This document shows positions 8,979 to 18,609 of a stretch of DNA of 64,000 bases, piece by piece (within the stretch, counting starts at the first letter, position 1; each line of letters opens with the position of its first letter). The DNA is from an uncultured Gammaproteobacteria bacterium. Lineage in GTDB: Bacteria > Patescibacteriota > Microgenomatia > UBA12405. The notes under the pieces were generated by a model. It saw nothing but the letters and a program-made list of their open reading frames with translations, searched no databases and was not told where the DNA came from. The position numbers and the translations under genes were made by a program. The stretch spans positions 19,966-83,965 of the forward strand of contig CAZIHS010000001.1 in the NCBI GenBank assembly GCA_964538765.1, written 5' to 3'.

Positions 8979-10052
8979 ATGTCACAACTTTCGGTGGGAA
9001 TAGTGGGACTGCCAAACGTTGGTAAATCGACACTATTTAACGCTCTTTTGGGTAAAAAGGTGGCCGATGCCAGCAATTATCCTTTTTGCACTATCGATCC
9101 AAACGTGGGAATAGTGGAGGTGCCGGATAAAAAATTGGAAATATTGGCCGGTATTGCCAAAAGCCAAAAGATTATTCCGGCGGCAGTGGAATTTGTTGAT
9201 ATTGCTGGATTAGTAAAGGGAGCGTCGCAGGGAGAGGGTTTAGGAAACAAATTTTTAACAAATATTAGAGAGTGTTTCGCAATTTGCCACGTGATCCGTG
9301 ACTTTTCTGACCCGGGAATAATTCGTGAGGGATCAAGTAACCCAAAAAGTGATTTTGAGATAGTCTGTGCCGAGCTTATTATTAAAGATCTGGAAACCGT
9401 AGATAAATATTTAGACAGTAATAAAAATAACGCTAAAGAAGCCGGGACCAAAAAGTATGCTATTGCCAAAAAGCTTAAGGAGATGCTTGAGCAAGGAAAG
9501 TTGGCGGTAAATATGGATTTTACTTTGGAAGAAAGGGCGATAATTAGCGATTTTTTTCTACTTACCGCCAAGCCATATTTTATGGTGGTCAACGTTGACG
9601 AGGACACCTATATGAATATCAATTCATGGAAGGTTGAGCTTGACAACTTTGAGAGGGTGATACCGATTTGCGCCAAGGTTGAATTTGAACTGTCCGAGCT
9701 TGGCGTTGATGAAAGAAAATTGTATCTGGCTGAATTGGGAATGCAAAACTCGGGTTTGGAGAGGCTTACACTGGGAGCCTATCGGGTTTTGGGGTTGTCG
9801 TCATTCTATACGGCCGGGCCCAAGGAGGCCCGGGCCTGGACGATTAACCGAGGCGATAAGGCCCCGAAAGCGGCCGGAGTGATCCACACCGATTTTGAAA
9901 AAGGATTTATTATGGCCGAAGTGGTCTCGTTTGATGATTTTGTTAAATTTGGCGGGTGGGCAGGGGCCAAGGAAAACGGCCGACTTAGGCATGAGGGAAA
10001 AGAATATGTTATGCAGGATGACGATGTGGTGGAGTTTAGATTTAATGTGTGA
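8979..10052 (+). CDS. ychF: Ribosome-binding ATPase YchF
   Basis: GIVGLPNVGKSTLFNALL G1 motif and a C-terminal TGS-like domain (GFIMAEVVSFDDF). Confidence 0.9.
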   Translation: MSQLSVGIVGLPNVGKSTLFNALLGKKVADASNYPFCTIDPNVGIVEVPDKKLEILAGIAKSQKIIPAAVEFVDIAGLVKGASQGEGLGNKFLTNIRECFAICHVIRDFSDPGIIREGSSNPKSDFEIVCAELIIKDLETVDKYLDSNKNNAKEAGTKKYAIAKKLKEMLEQGKLAVNMDFTLEERAIISDFFLLTAKPYFMVVNVDEDTYMNINSWKVELDNFERVIPICAKVEFELSELGVDERKLYLAELGMQNSGLERLTLGAYRVLGLSSFYTAGPKEARAWTINRGDKAPKAAGVIHTDFEKGFIMAEVVSFDDFVKFGGWAGAKENGRLRHEGKEYVMQDDDVVEFRFNV

Positions 10053-10079
10053 GACTGAAAAAGGGGATTAGCGATAATA

Positions 10080-11492
10080 CTACCGACTGATTTTTTTATT
10101 TTCAGTAATTTTCGAACTTTTTGCCAAAAGAGAGGCAATTTTTCGGAGCTGGGAGGGAGTGTTCAGCTTGGGGTTACTTTCGACCTTGGTAAATAAGGAT
10201 TGAAGAATTTGCCCTACTTTCGGCCCGGGTTTTAGATCAAGAAGCTCCATAATCTGATGGCCATTGATTTTTAAATCTTTCACCGAAAAAGGCTGTTTTT
10301 GAACCTCAACTATCCTTTTTTTGAAAAGTTCCCACCGCCAGCTGGTTTCTTTGGCACCAGATCCAAGCCGGTCGGCCCGGCGCAGGGAGATCATCTCGTC
10401 AATGTATTCTGGAGTAACGTTTCGGATAAAACGGCGAACAGCTTTGTCGGTTTGAATTTCAGAGGCTGTAAACATGTGCCATCTGACTAAACGGAAAAGA
10501 AGATCAAGCTCTTTGCTGGAAAGTCGAAGCCGCTGGCCAATATTTTTGGCGATTCTGGCACCAACCACCTCATGGTTATGAAAGGTCCGTTCTTCACCCT
10601 GACCAACCATAACCTGCGGTTTGGCGACATCATGAAGAAGGCAGGCGAGGCGGGTTATTGGGTTTTGGCTGGAACAACAATTTAGTGTTTTTAGACTATG
10701 GTTCCAAACATCATCAATATGGTGACCTTTTTGGGCAATACCAACCCCGCTTAGAATTTCCGGCATAATGTGGGCTAAAAGCCCGGAATTACGGAGTAAT
10801 TTAATGCCATCGGCTGGGGATGGAGATTTAAGAATTTTGAGAATTTCGTCGCGGACGCGTTCAAAGGCGATAAGTTTGATTTTGGCAGCATTTTTAACAA
10901 TAGATTGGAATGTATTTTCCTCAATGATAAAACTGATTTGACTGGCAATCCGAACTGCCCTGATCATCCGCAAGGAGTCTTCCTGAAAACGCTGGTCGGC
11001 ACTGCCAACAGTTTTTAGAAGCCCGTTTTTTAAATCTTTCTGGCCATCATACGGGTCAATAATTTCAAGTTTGGGTGTCGACAGGGGGTTTTTGACCAGC
11101 AGGGCAATAGCGTTGATGGTGAAGTCACGGCGCATCAGGTCTTCTTCAAGAGTCTTGCCCCATTTAACAGCATCGGGATGCCGACTGTCTGAATAACCCT
11201 GATCAGTGCGAAAAGTGGTTACCTCGTATATATTTTTTTGGCAACCGACAATGCTAAAGGTGCCAAATTTGTTGTTACAAAAACTGTTTTTGGGAAAAAT
11301 AACAGCCATTTTTTCGGGCGTCAGGTTGGTCGTAAAATCCCAATCGCTGACTGCCCGACCCATAAGGAGGTCACGGACAGCGCCGCCGACGATGTAAATT
11401 TCGGCATTGGATTTTTCAAATTTAGCGATTATTTTTAGAACTTCTGGGGGTATTTGGCGAACAAGTGACTGGAGATGGGTATTATTTTCCAT
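10080..11492 (-). CDS. cca: CCA-adding tRNA nucleotidyltransferase / poly(A) polymerase family protein with HD domain
   Basis: Head-domain motif IYIVGGAVRDLLMGR...DWDF and a downstream HD-like region (HHIDDVWNHS). Confidence 0.8.
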   Translation of the reverse strand: MENNTHLQSLVRQIPPEVLKIIAKFEKSNAEIYIVGGAVRDLLMGRAVSDWDFTTNLTPEKMAVIFPKNSFCNNKFGTFSIVGCQKNIYEVTTFRTDQGYSDSRHPDAVKWGKTLEEDLMRRDFTINAIALLVKNPLSTPKLEIIDPYDGQKDLKNGLLKTVGSADQRFQEDSLRMIRAVRIASQISFIIEENTFQSIVKNAAKIKLIAFERVRDEILKILKSPSPADGIKLLRNSGLLAHIMPEILSGVGIAQKGHHIDDVWNHSLKTLNCCSSQNPITRLACLLHDVAKPQVMVGQGEERTFHNHEVVGARIAKNIGQRLRLSSKELDLLFRLVRWHMFTASEIQTDKAVRRFIRNVTPEYIDEMISLRRADRLGSGAKETSWRWELFKKRIVEVQKQPFSVKDLKINGHQIMELLDLKPGPKVGQILQSLFTKVESNPKLNTPSQLRKIASLLAKSSKITENKKISR

Positions 11493-11505
11493 TTTTGTAG
11501 TTTAA

Positions 11506-11535
11506 CCCAAAAACCCCCTCATGTTGATGAAGGGG
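11506..11535 (-). terminator. Rho-independent terminator-like hairpin after the RRM gene
   Basis: CCCCCTCATG-TTG-ATGAAGGGG imperfect hairpin. On the minus strand it is followed by TTTTTGGG. Confidence 0.4.
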
Positions 11536-11561
11536 TTTGGAAAACAACAAACTTGATAATT

Positions 11562-11828
11562 TTAGGCTTGTGCTTTGTCGGGACGGGGTAACGCCTCCTT
11601 AACGGCGATTTTTCTCCCCTGTTGTTCGGATTCGTCGAGGTTTTTCATGGCCTCGGCGGCGGCTTCTTCAGTGTCGAACTCAACAAAGGCAAAACCTTTG
11701 CTTCTTCCACTGAATTTATCTTTAACAATATTGGCCGATACGACAGTGCCGAAGGCAGAAAAGATCTGCATCAGCTGGTCGTCGGTCATCGAGAATGGGA
11801 GATTACCCACAAAGAGCTTTTTGGTCAT
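11562..11828 (-). CDS. RRM-type RNA-binding protein
   Basis: KLFVGNLPF (RNP2) and KGFAFVEF (RNP1). Start placed at the MTKK codon inside the longer ORF. Confidence 0.7.
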   Translation of the reverse strand: MTKKLFVGNLPFSMTDDQLMQIFSAFGTVVSANIVKDKFSGRSKGFAFVEFDTEEAAAEAMKNLDESEQQGRKIAVKEALPRPDKAQA

Positions 11829-11912
11829 TTTGATTCCTAGTACTCCTATGCCATTATTTAATAACTTAACCAAAAAATGGCATTTTTTCGGTCGCGATAG
11901 TATAACAAATTC

Positions 11913-13577
11913 ATGAATAAAAAACTAAAGCTATTAAACGACATCATTTTTGATAACCCGGTCAACGAGGACGAGATTTTGAAAATTCTTTTAAAAAACA
12001 GGGGGGTGGACAGAGCTGATTTCGACCAATTTCTTAACCCGGAAAACCCAATAAAATTAAAACTGGCCGGTTTGGGCCTGTCGGAAAAGGTGGTTAAAAA
12101 AGCCGTTGGGGTAATTTGTAACGCAATAGAAAACGGTGAAAATATTCTGGTTTATGGTGATTACGACGTTGACGGCATAACCTCGACGGCTATTATCTGG
12201 GGAGCAATATATAAAAAAACCAAAAAAGTTGCCCCTTTTATTCCAGATCGAAACGTAGATGGTTATGGCTTTAAATACGCTTCATTTTTAAAATGCGAGG
12301 AAAAGTTTAACGTGACCTTTGGTCTAATCGTCACTGTTGATAACGGAATAACGGCTAAAGACGAATTGGCTAAAGCGAGACGGCGGGGGGTGGCGGTGGT
12401 GGTGATTGACCACCATCTTAAAGAAACAGTTAACAAACAGGCAAAAGATGAAGGACCGGTGACCGTGGAAACTTCCAGACTATCAGCATCAGCGATTGCT
12501 TGGGTGGTGGCAAAAAGAATCGACACCCAGGCGGACTTAGGTTTGGCGGCGCTTGGGCTGGTGGCCGACTGTTTGCCTCTTTTGCCACCGGTTAGAAATT
12601 TTGTTTGTCACGGAATTGAAAGGCTGCGAAAGCAAATTAATCCCGGCCTGGGCCAAATACTAAAAAAAGCGGGGATAAAACAGGAAGAAATTAACAGTTA
12701 TGTTTTGGGGTTTGTGCTTGGTCCTAGGCTCAACTCGGTTGGCCGGTTGGGCGATGCCACCGACGCTTTAAGATTGTTGGTGGCAAAAAGCGGAAGCGAT
12801 TTGGACAGATATGGCCGAATAGTTGAAGAACACAACCAAAAAAGACAGGAAACACAGCAGTGGAATATTAAACAGGTCGAAAGCATAATTAACCCCGACT
12901 CTAAATTATTGTTTTACGCTTCTTCTGACATCCAAACAGGTCTGATTGGGCTGGCGGCAGGATATTTGACTTCAAAATTTTACCGACCGTCGGTTGTTAT
13001 AAGCCTGGGAAAGGAGGTTTCGAAGGGATCGGCGCGATCGATACCTGAAGTCAACATAGTTGAGATTTTGAGACATTTTTCAGGGCTTCTTTTAGAAATT
13101 GGGGGTCATAGCATGGCGGCGGGGTTTACAATTAGTACTGATAAGGTAGATGAATTTGAAAAGAAACTTGAGAAATTTATTGCCAAGAAACTTGAGGGTA
13201 TCAGTCTTGAACCTAAAGTTGAGGCCGAAGGAGTTATGCGCCTGGCGGCGGTTAGCAAAAACACATTGGCGGCAATAACCCGCCTGGAACCGTTTGGAAT
13301 TGGAAACCCCGAACCAAGGTTTTTGTTTAGAAATTTAAAAATTACCTCGATAAGAAAGGTGGGGAAAACAGGTAATCATCTAAAGCTAAGGCTTGATGAA
13401 ACTGACACAAAGCAAACAGAAAAGGTGGAAACCGACGCAATCGCTTTTAAAAAAGGAGAGTTGGGAGACAGGCTTAAGGTTGGTGATCTAATTGAGGTGG
13501 TGGCCAGCCTGTCTCTTAACCGCTGGCAGGGAAAGGAGCAAGTCGAGCTTAACGTGGCTGAAATAAATGGTGTATAA
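11913..13577 (+). CDS. recJ: Single-stranded-DNA-specific exonuclease RecJ
   Basis: DHH motifs (VYGDYDVDGITS, VIDHH) and a DHHA1-like region with GGHSMAAG. Confidence 0.85.
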   Translation: MNKKLKLLNDIIFDNPVNEDEILKILLKNRGVDRADFDQFLNPENPIKLKLAGLGLSEKVVKKAVGVICNAIENGENILVYGDYDVDGITSTAIIWGAIYKKTKKVAPFIPDRNVDGYGFKYASFLKCEEKFNVTFGLIVTVDNGITAKDELAKARRRGVAVVVIDHHLKETVNKQAKDEGPVTVETSRLSASAIAWVVAKRIDTQADLGLAALGLVADCLPLLPPVRNFVCHGIERLRKQINPGLGQILKKAGIKQEEINSYVLGFVLGPRLNSVGRLGDATDALRLLVAKSGSDLDRYGRIVEEHNQKRQETQQWNIKQVESIINPDSKLLFYASSDIQTGLIGLAAGYLTSKFYRPSVVISLGKEVSKGSARSIPEVNIVEILRHFSGLLLEIGGHSMAAGFTISTDKVDEFEKKLEKFIAKKLEGISLEPKVEAEGVMRLAAVSKNTLAAITRLEPFGIGNPEPRFLFRNLKITSIRKVGKTGNHLKLRLDETDTKQTEKVETDAIAFKKGELGDRLKVGDLIEVVASLSLNRWQGKEQVELNVAEINGV

Positions 13578-13723
13578 TTGGCAAAGCGTTTGATTTCGGC
13601 AAACACCGAAAGAGCTGGGGGAAGAAACGAGAAATCGGATTAGAACTCCCCGGAACAAGAGCCGTTATTTCTTGGCCGTGTGTCACATTGGAAACAGAGC
13701 ACGAAATGTGTTTTGTGTTTTGA

Positions 13724-13748
13724 CCCCGATGGACATCGGGGTTTTTTG
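13724..13748 (+). terminator. Rho-independent terminator-like hairpin between recJ and aspS
   Basis: CCCCGATGGACATCGGGG followed by TTTTTTG. Confidence 0.4.
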
Positions 13749-13766
13749 TTATTATTTTTTGAAGAT

Positions 13767-15113
13767 ATGAAGAAACAGGGAAGAACTTTGATTATTGAAA
13801 CGGTTGGTATGGTGGGTAAAAATGTCAGAATTAAGGGTTGGGTGTCAAGTGTTAGAAAGCATGGCAAGCTTTGTTTTGCTGATATCTGGGACAGAACGGG
13901 AATGGTGCAGGTGGTCGGTGACGAAAACATCGCGAAAGTAAAAAGTCAATCGGCGGTGGAAATTGAGGGCGTTGTTAGGGCCAGGGATAAAAAATACTTT
14001 AATCCAAAACTTGAAACAGGCAAGGTGGAAATTGGAGTGGAAAAATTTATGGTGATTTCGATGGCGCAGGATTTACCCTTTGATGTGTCAGTTCCAGAGT
14101 TGAACCTGACTTTGCCGGTATTGCTCGATAACCGGGCGGCCAGTTTAAAAAACAGCAAAATTAGGGATATATTTATTATTCAACAGTCGATAGCCTCTGA
14201 ATTTAGGAGGCATTTAACTACCCGAGGTTTTTCAGAATTTTTTGGCCCGACGCTGGTGGCAACAGCAACTGAGGGCGGGTCACAGGTGTTTAAAGTGGAT
14301 TATTTTGGTCATAAGGTCTATCTGGCTCAAAGCCCTCAGCTTTATAAACAGATTATGGTTGGCGCATATGAAAAAGTATTTACTCTGGCACATGCCTATA
14401 GAGCCGAACCATCGGTGACAACAAGACATTTAACCGAATATGTTGGTCTAGACGTGGAAATGGGGTTTATTGATAGCTGGCAGGAGGTAATCGAAGAAGC
14501 CGACAATCTAATGAAAGCGATATTTACGAAAGTCAAAAATGACCATCAAAAAATAATGGACGGTTTTGGGGTTGGAGTGCCGGTAACGGTTGATAAAACA
14601 CCGCAAATAAAGCTGAAGGATGCGTTGGAACTGATATATAAAAGAACCGGCAGGGATGTTAGGAATGAACTTGATATGGACCCAGAGGGAGAGAGGGAAA
14701 TTTGTCGGTATGCGATGGAAGAGTTTGGATCGGAAATGATTTTTGTGACCCATTTTTATACCAAAAAGCGGGCCTGGTATTCATACCCCGATCCGGAAAA
14801 TCCGGAGGAAACTTTAACTTTTGATTTAATCGGCCGGGGAGTTGAGTGGATTTCTGGCGGGCAAAGAATTAATGAATATAATCAGTTGGTAGAGAAAATC
14901 AGGGAAGTTGGGTATAATCCGCAGGATTTTGAAAACCCTTATGTTCAGGCTTTTCGCTATGGCATGCCGCCCGAGGGAGGGTTTTGTATTGGTCTTGAAA
15001 GGGTGACTCAAAACGTTCTGGGGTTGGACAACGTTAGACAGGCCAGTCTCTATCCCCGAGACATGGAAAGGGTCGACGCCCGATTGTCAAATAAGGACGA
15101 AAAATTTAAATGA
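13767..15113 (+). CDS. aspS: Aspartate--tRNA ligase, archaeal/type-2 class IIb (Asn-tRNA ligase not excluded)
   Basis: N-terminal OB fold, class II motif 2 region YRAEPS...RHLTEY, motif 3 GMPPEGGFCIGLERV, and QSPQLYKQ. Start placed at the MKKQGR codon downstream of the hairpin. Confidence 0.65.
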   Translation: MKKQGRTLIIETVGMVGKNVRIKGWVSSVRKHGKLCFADIWDRTGMVQVVGDENIAKVKSQSAVEIEGVVRARDKKYFNPKLETGKVEIGVEKFMVISMAQDLPFDVSVPELNLTLPVLLDNRAASLKNSKIRDIFIIQQSIASEFRRHLTTRGFSEFFGPTLVATATEGGSQVFKVDYFGHKVYLAQSPQLYKQIMVGAYEKVFTLAHAYRAEPSVTTRHLTEYVGLDVEMGFIDSWQEVIEEADNLMKAIFTKVKNDHQKIMDGFGVGVPVTVDKTPQIKLKDALELIYKRTGRDVRNELDMDPEGEREICRYAMEEFGSEMIFVTHFYTKKRAWYSYPDPENPEETLTFDLIGRGVEWISGGQRINEYNQLVEKIREVGYNPQDFENPYVQAFRYGMPPEGGFCIGLERVTQNVLGLDNVRQASLYPRDMERVDARLSNKDEKFK

Positions 15114-16048
15114 AAATTAGTGAGGCTGTTGGCCGATGGGTCGATCTGGCAATTATAATTCTGATTGTTTTGCTAAATGTTTTTTGGGTGCCTGATGACC
15201 TGGTACCTTTGAGCGTGGCGGCTGGAAAAGGTAACCTGGACTTAAAACCCCTGATTGACTACAAACACCCTCCACAGGCAGACGTCAAAGAAGGCAAGGC
15301 GGGCGAGAACCTTCAGGCTATAAACTATATTTTAGTGGAAGCGATGACAAACAAGGTGTTGCTGGCCAGAAATGAGTTTTCGAGAATATATCCGGCTTCG
15401 ACAACTAAATTGGTGACAGCAATGACCGCCTTAAATCTGTACCCGCTTGAGGAAGTGATAAAAATTAACAACAATTATAAGGAGGGAAAGGTGATGGGAT
15501 TAGTGACTGGCGAACAGATTTCAGTTATGAATTTGGTGTCAGGGCTGTTGATTCATTCCGCAAATGATGCCGCCCTTGGTTTGGCCTCAAACTATGGAAC
15601 CGAGAAATTTATGGTTCAAATGAACCAGCTGGTAAAAAGGCTGGGTCTTTCTGATAGTCATTTTGAAAACCCCGACGGGGTTCATAATCCAAACCATTAC
15701 ACAACTGTTTATGATCTGGCCCAAATTGCCCGTCAGGCGATTAAAAACAACACCATAAGGCAGATGGCGAAGACTCAAAACCTAGAAGTGAGCGATTTAA
15801 CCGGAAAAATAAAACATCAACTTATTTCGACCAACGAGCTTTTAGGGAAAAGAAAGGAGGTGGTTGGTTTAAAAACCGGCTGGACACCCGAAGCCGGAGG
15901 TTGTTTCGTGGCGGTGTTTAAAGTTAACGGCAGGGAAATGCTTAGCGTGGTGGCCCAAAGTCCCGACCGTTTTGGCGATACAGAAAAATTGATAAATTGG
16001 GCTGAAGAAAATATCAGCTGGGTAAGTTACGACTCGATGGTCAACTAA
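15110..16048 (+). CDS. D-alanyl-D-alanine carboxypeptidase (peptidase S11 / PBP5-like)
   Basis: SxxK active-site motif PASTTKL, SxN motif HSANDAA and KTG motif LKTGWT. Confidence 0.8.
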   Translation: MKISEAVGRWVDLAIIILIVLLNVFWVPDDLVPLSVAAGKGNLDLKPLIDYKHPPQADVKEGKAGENLQAINYILVEAMTNKVLLARNEFSRIYPASTTKLVTAMTALNLYPLEEVIKINNNYKEGKVMGLVTGEQISVMNLVSGLLIHSANDAALGLASNYGTEKFMVQMNQLVKRLGLSDSHFENPDGVHNPNHYTTVYDLAQIARQAIKNNTIRQMAKTQNLEVSDLTGKIKHQLISTNELLGKRKEVVGLKTGWTPEAGGCFVAVFKVNGREMLSVVAQSPDRFGDTEKLINWAEENISWVSYDSMVN

Positions 16049-17115
16049 TTGCTAATGTATTTGTTTTCTATAGCCGGGATATAGGCCGCAAAACTCCCGT
16101 CGCCTTCAAAAACATAAACCGGCTGTAAAAAGTTGGTTAGACTGACGGGCTCGAAATAGGCGAGACTTACTTGGCGGATTGTAAGGTTGCTGGCGGTAAC
16201 GTCTGATAATGGCCAATAGTTACCGGCTTTTAGGTCTTCGTAGGCATTTTTTGGTGACTTAATAGGATAGGAGCCGTATGAATCACGGCCTATTTGACAA
16301 TATTTGTAGTCAACCTCGATAATTCTTTTTGCTTCCATGCCCGATCCGCTAACCAAAACGGAAATGCTGGCTTGACCTGGTTTGGACGAGACAATTTTAA
16401 AACCATTCTCAATACTTTTTCGAAAAAAGTCTACTCTGACAACATTCGACTGGGCCAGCGAAGATACCGACTTTAAGCCGTCGATCTCAATTTTCCAGAA
16501 GCTAACTTTTTTTTCACCTTCATCAATATCCTGGCTGTATTTATCGGCAGTTTGTAAAAAGTTTTTAGCGTAGGCGATTGCCTCTTCTTTGCTCGGCATT
16601 TTTTCAGGATTAAGAAGAAGCTGATCCTGGGTGTAGGGATAGGTTAATTTAAAACTGCCATCGAGAACGTTCATGACAAGAGTTTTATTTGTCTGGCTGT
16701 TTTGGAATTGGTAAACACCTTCCGAAAGAAGTTCCGGCTTGTCCTTAAAACCAAGGTTAGCGGCGGTTTTGGTGTCCTGTTCCAGGGCTAAAAATGAGTT
16801 GTTGGGCCGGTATATTTCATAGACCCGGGCCTGATCACTAAATGATGGCCAACTGTCATTGGCTAATTCCAAAGAAAAAGATTTTGGGTCAAATTTTTTT
16901 TTGGGAAAAACTATTTTTGGCAAAAGTCCGTAGCGAATATTTGGCGGGGTGTAGGGCGGATGGGCCGCCCGATAGGCGGCGATGGCGGCAGTGGCTAAAG
17001 ACCAGAATATCAAAAAACCGGCCAGGCCAATACTGCCGTACTTGATCAAAAGGCGACTGGTGTGAGCCGTTTCAGTCAGTGACATAGACAATTTTAACTT
17101 AATTTTGGAGTTTTG
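16045..17115 (-). CDS. Hypothetical membrane-anchored extracytoplasmic protein (possibly YycH/YycI-like fold)
   Basis: Start placed at MSLTE. The longer ORF would overlap gltX. One TM helix (IGLAGFLIFWSLATAAIAAY) followed by a soluble domain of about 300 aa. Confidence 0.4.
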   Translation of the reverse strand, partial: QNSKIKLKLSMSLTETAHTSRLLIKYGSIGLAGFLIFWSLATAAIAAYRAAHPPYTPPNIRYGLLPKIVFPKKKFDPKSFSLELANDSWPSFSDQARVYEIYRPNNSFLALEQDTKTAANLGFKDKPELLSEGVYQFQNSQTNKTLVMNVLDGSFKLTYPYTQDQLLLNPEKMPSKEEAIAYAKNFLQTADKYSQDIDEGEKKVSFWKIEIDGLKSVSSLAQSNVVRVDFFRKSIENGFKIVSSKPGQASISVLVSGSGMEAKRIIEVDYKYCQIGRDSYGSYPIKSPKNAYEDLKAGNYWPLSDVTASNLTIRQVSLAYFEPVSLTNFLQPVYVFEGDGSFAAYIPAIENKYISN

Positions 17116-17139
17116 ATTTGGATAGAATAAAATAGGAAA

Positions 17140-18606
17140 ATGAAAATTAAGACGGCGGTAAGAACCCGGATAGCACCCAGCCCTACTGGTGAATTCCATA
17201 TTGGACACATGAGATCGTGCCTTTACAGCTATGCGTTGGCAAAAAAATTTGGCGGTCAATTTGTTGTGAGAATCGAAGATACGGACCAAAAGAGATTCGT
17301 GCCGGGTTCTCAAGACCGGACACTGCAAGTGATTAAGGAATACGGTCTTCAATGGGACGAGGGGCCAGACGTTGGCGGACCATTTGGGCCATATACCCAA
17401 ACCAAAAGATTGGATATTTATCAAAAACACGCGGAAATATTACTACAAAAGGGGCATGCTTACCGGTGTTTTTGCACAGAGGACAGGTTGAAAGAGATGA
17501 GAAGTTTACAGAAGCAAAAAGGTATCAGCCCAAAATACGACCGGTTTTGTTTGGGCTTAACAAATGACGAAATTAATAAAAGGCTTGGCAATAATGAAAA
17601 GTACGTTATCCGAATGAGGGTTCCCGACAATCAATCGGTCGAATTTGTTGATAAGGTTCGGGGTTTAATTAAGATTAGAACCGAAGAGATTGACGACCAG
17701 GTATTGATTAAGTCGGACGGGATTCCAACTTATCACTTTGCAGTAGTGATTGATGATCATCTGATGGAAATCAGTCACGTTTTGAGGGGCGAAGAATGGA
17801 TTACGTCGACTCCAAAACAGATTTTGCTTTATCAATTTTTTGGTTGGCAAAAACCCACCTTTGTCCATTTGACTGTTTTACTTGACCCGAGCGGATTGGG
17901 AAAAATGAGTAAAAGAAAAGGCTCGGTTTCGGCCAGAAGTTTCCTTGAAGAAGGATACTTGCCCGAAGCACTCCTAAATTTTCTAATGCTTCTGGGTTGG
18001 AATCCTGGCGATAACCGTGAAATATTTAGCCTGGATGAGTTTGTTGAGATATTTAGTTTGGAAAGACTCCACAAAAAGTCGCCAGTTTTTGACCGGAAGA
18101 AACTGGACTATCTAAACGGATATTACATTAGGAAGAAAGACGAAACAGAACTTTGTCAACATTTTCAAAAGTTCTTACCCCAGGCAAGTGAAGAACAAGT
18201 TAAAATTCTGGTTCCGGTTTTAAAAGACAGGCTGGTAAAGTTTGGTGATCTGCCAACTATGATGAAGTTTTTATTTGAAAACGTATCTTATGACCGGTCG
18301 CTATTGTTAAAGTACAAAAACGAGAAGTTGGAGGAGGAGATGGTGAAGGAAATGCTTCTGTCCGCCAGAAAAGTGGTTGAAACAAGTGAAGGGTTTGAGA
18401 CGAATATGTTGAAAGAGGAGTTTGAAAGAATGCTGTCTTTGTGCCCATGGAAGGATGAAAACAATTATGTGGGTAAATTTTACATGGTGTTGAGGGTGGC
18501 AATCTGCGGTTTGGTATTTACTCCGCCGGTGATAGAATGTTTACCGGCCCTGGGAAGGAAAAAAACTTTAGAAAAGATAGATTTGGCATTGAGTTTGTTA
18601 AACTAA
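17140..18606 (+). CDS. gltX: Glutamate--tRNA ligase
   Basis: HIGH motif PTGEFHIGH and KMSKS motif KMSKRKG. Confidence 0.9.
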   Translation: MKIKTAVRTRIAPSPTGEFHIGHMRSCLYSYALAKKFGGQFVVRIEDTDQKRFVPGSQDRTLQVIKEYGLQWDEGPDVGGPFGPYTQTKRLDIYQKHAEILLQKGHAYRCFCTEDRLKEMRSLQKQKGISPKYDRFCLGLTNDEINKRLGNNEKYVIRMRVPDNQSVEFVDKVRGLIKIRTEEIDDQVLIKSDGIPTYHFAVVIDDHLMEISHVLRGEEWITSTPKQILLYQFFGWQKPTFVHLTVLLDPSGLGKMSKRKGSVSARSFLEEGYLPEALLNFLMLLGWNPGDNREIFSLDEFVEIFSLERLHKKSPVFDRKKLDYLNGYYIRKKDETELCQHFQKFLPQASEEQVKILVPVLKDRLVKFGDLPTMMKFLFENVSYDRSLLLKYKNEKLEEEMVKEMLLSARKVVETSEGFETNMLKEEFERMLSLCPWKDENNYVGKFYMVLRVAICGLVFTPPVIECLPALGRKKTLEKIDLALSLLN

Positions 18607-18609
18607 CTG

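Noticed and set aside
13680-13766. N-terminal extension of the Asp-tRNA ligase ORF
   Set aside because: The extension contains a terminator-like hairpin plus a T-run (13724-13748) and is Cys/Phe-rich without conservation. The MKKQGR start at 13767 gives a normal class IIb N-terminus.
16045-17430. Extended 461-aa version of the hypothetical membrane protein
   Set aside because: The first 105 codons would overlap the gltX coding region on the opposite strand. An internal Met at 17115 followed directly by a TM helix gives a sensible start.
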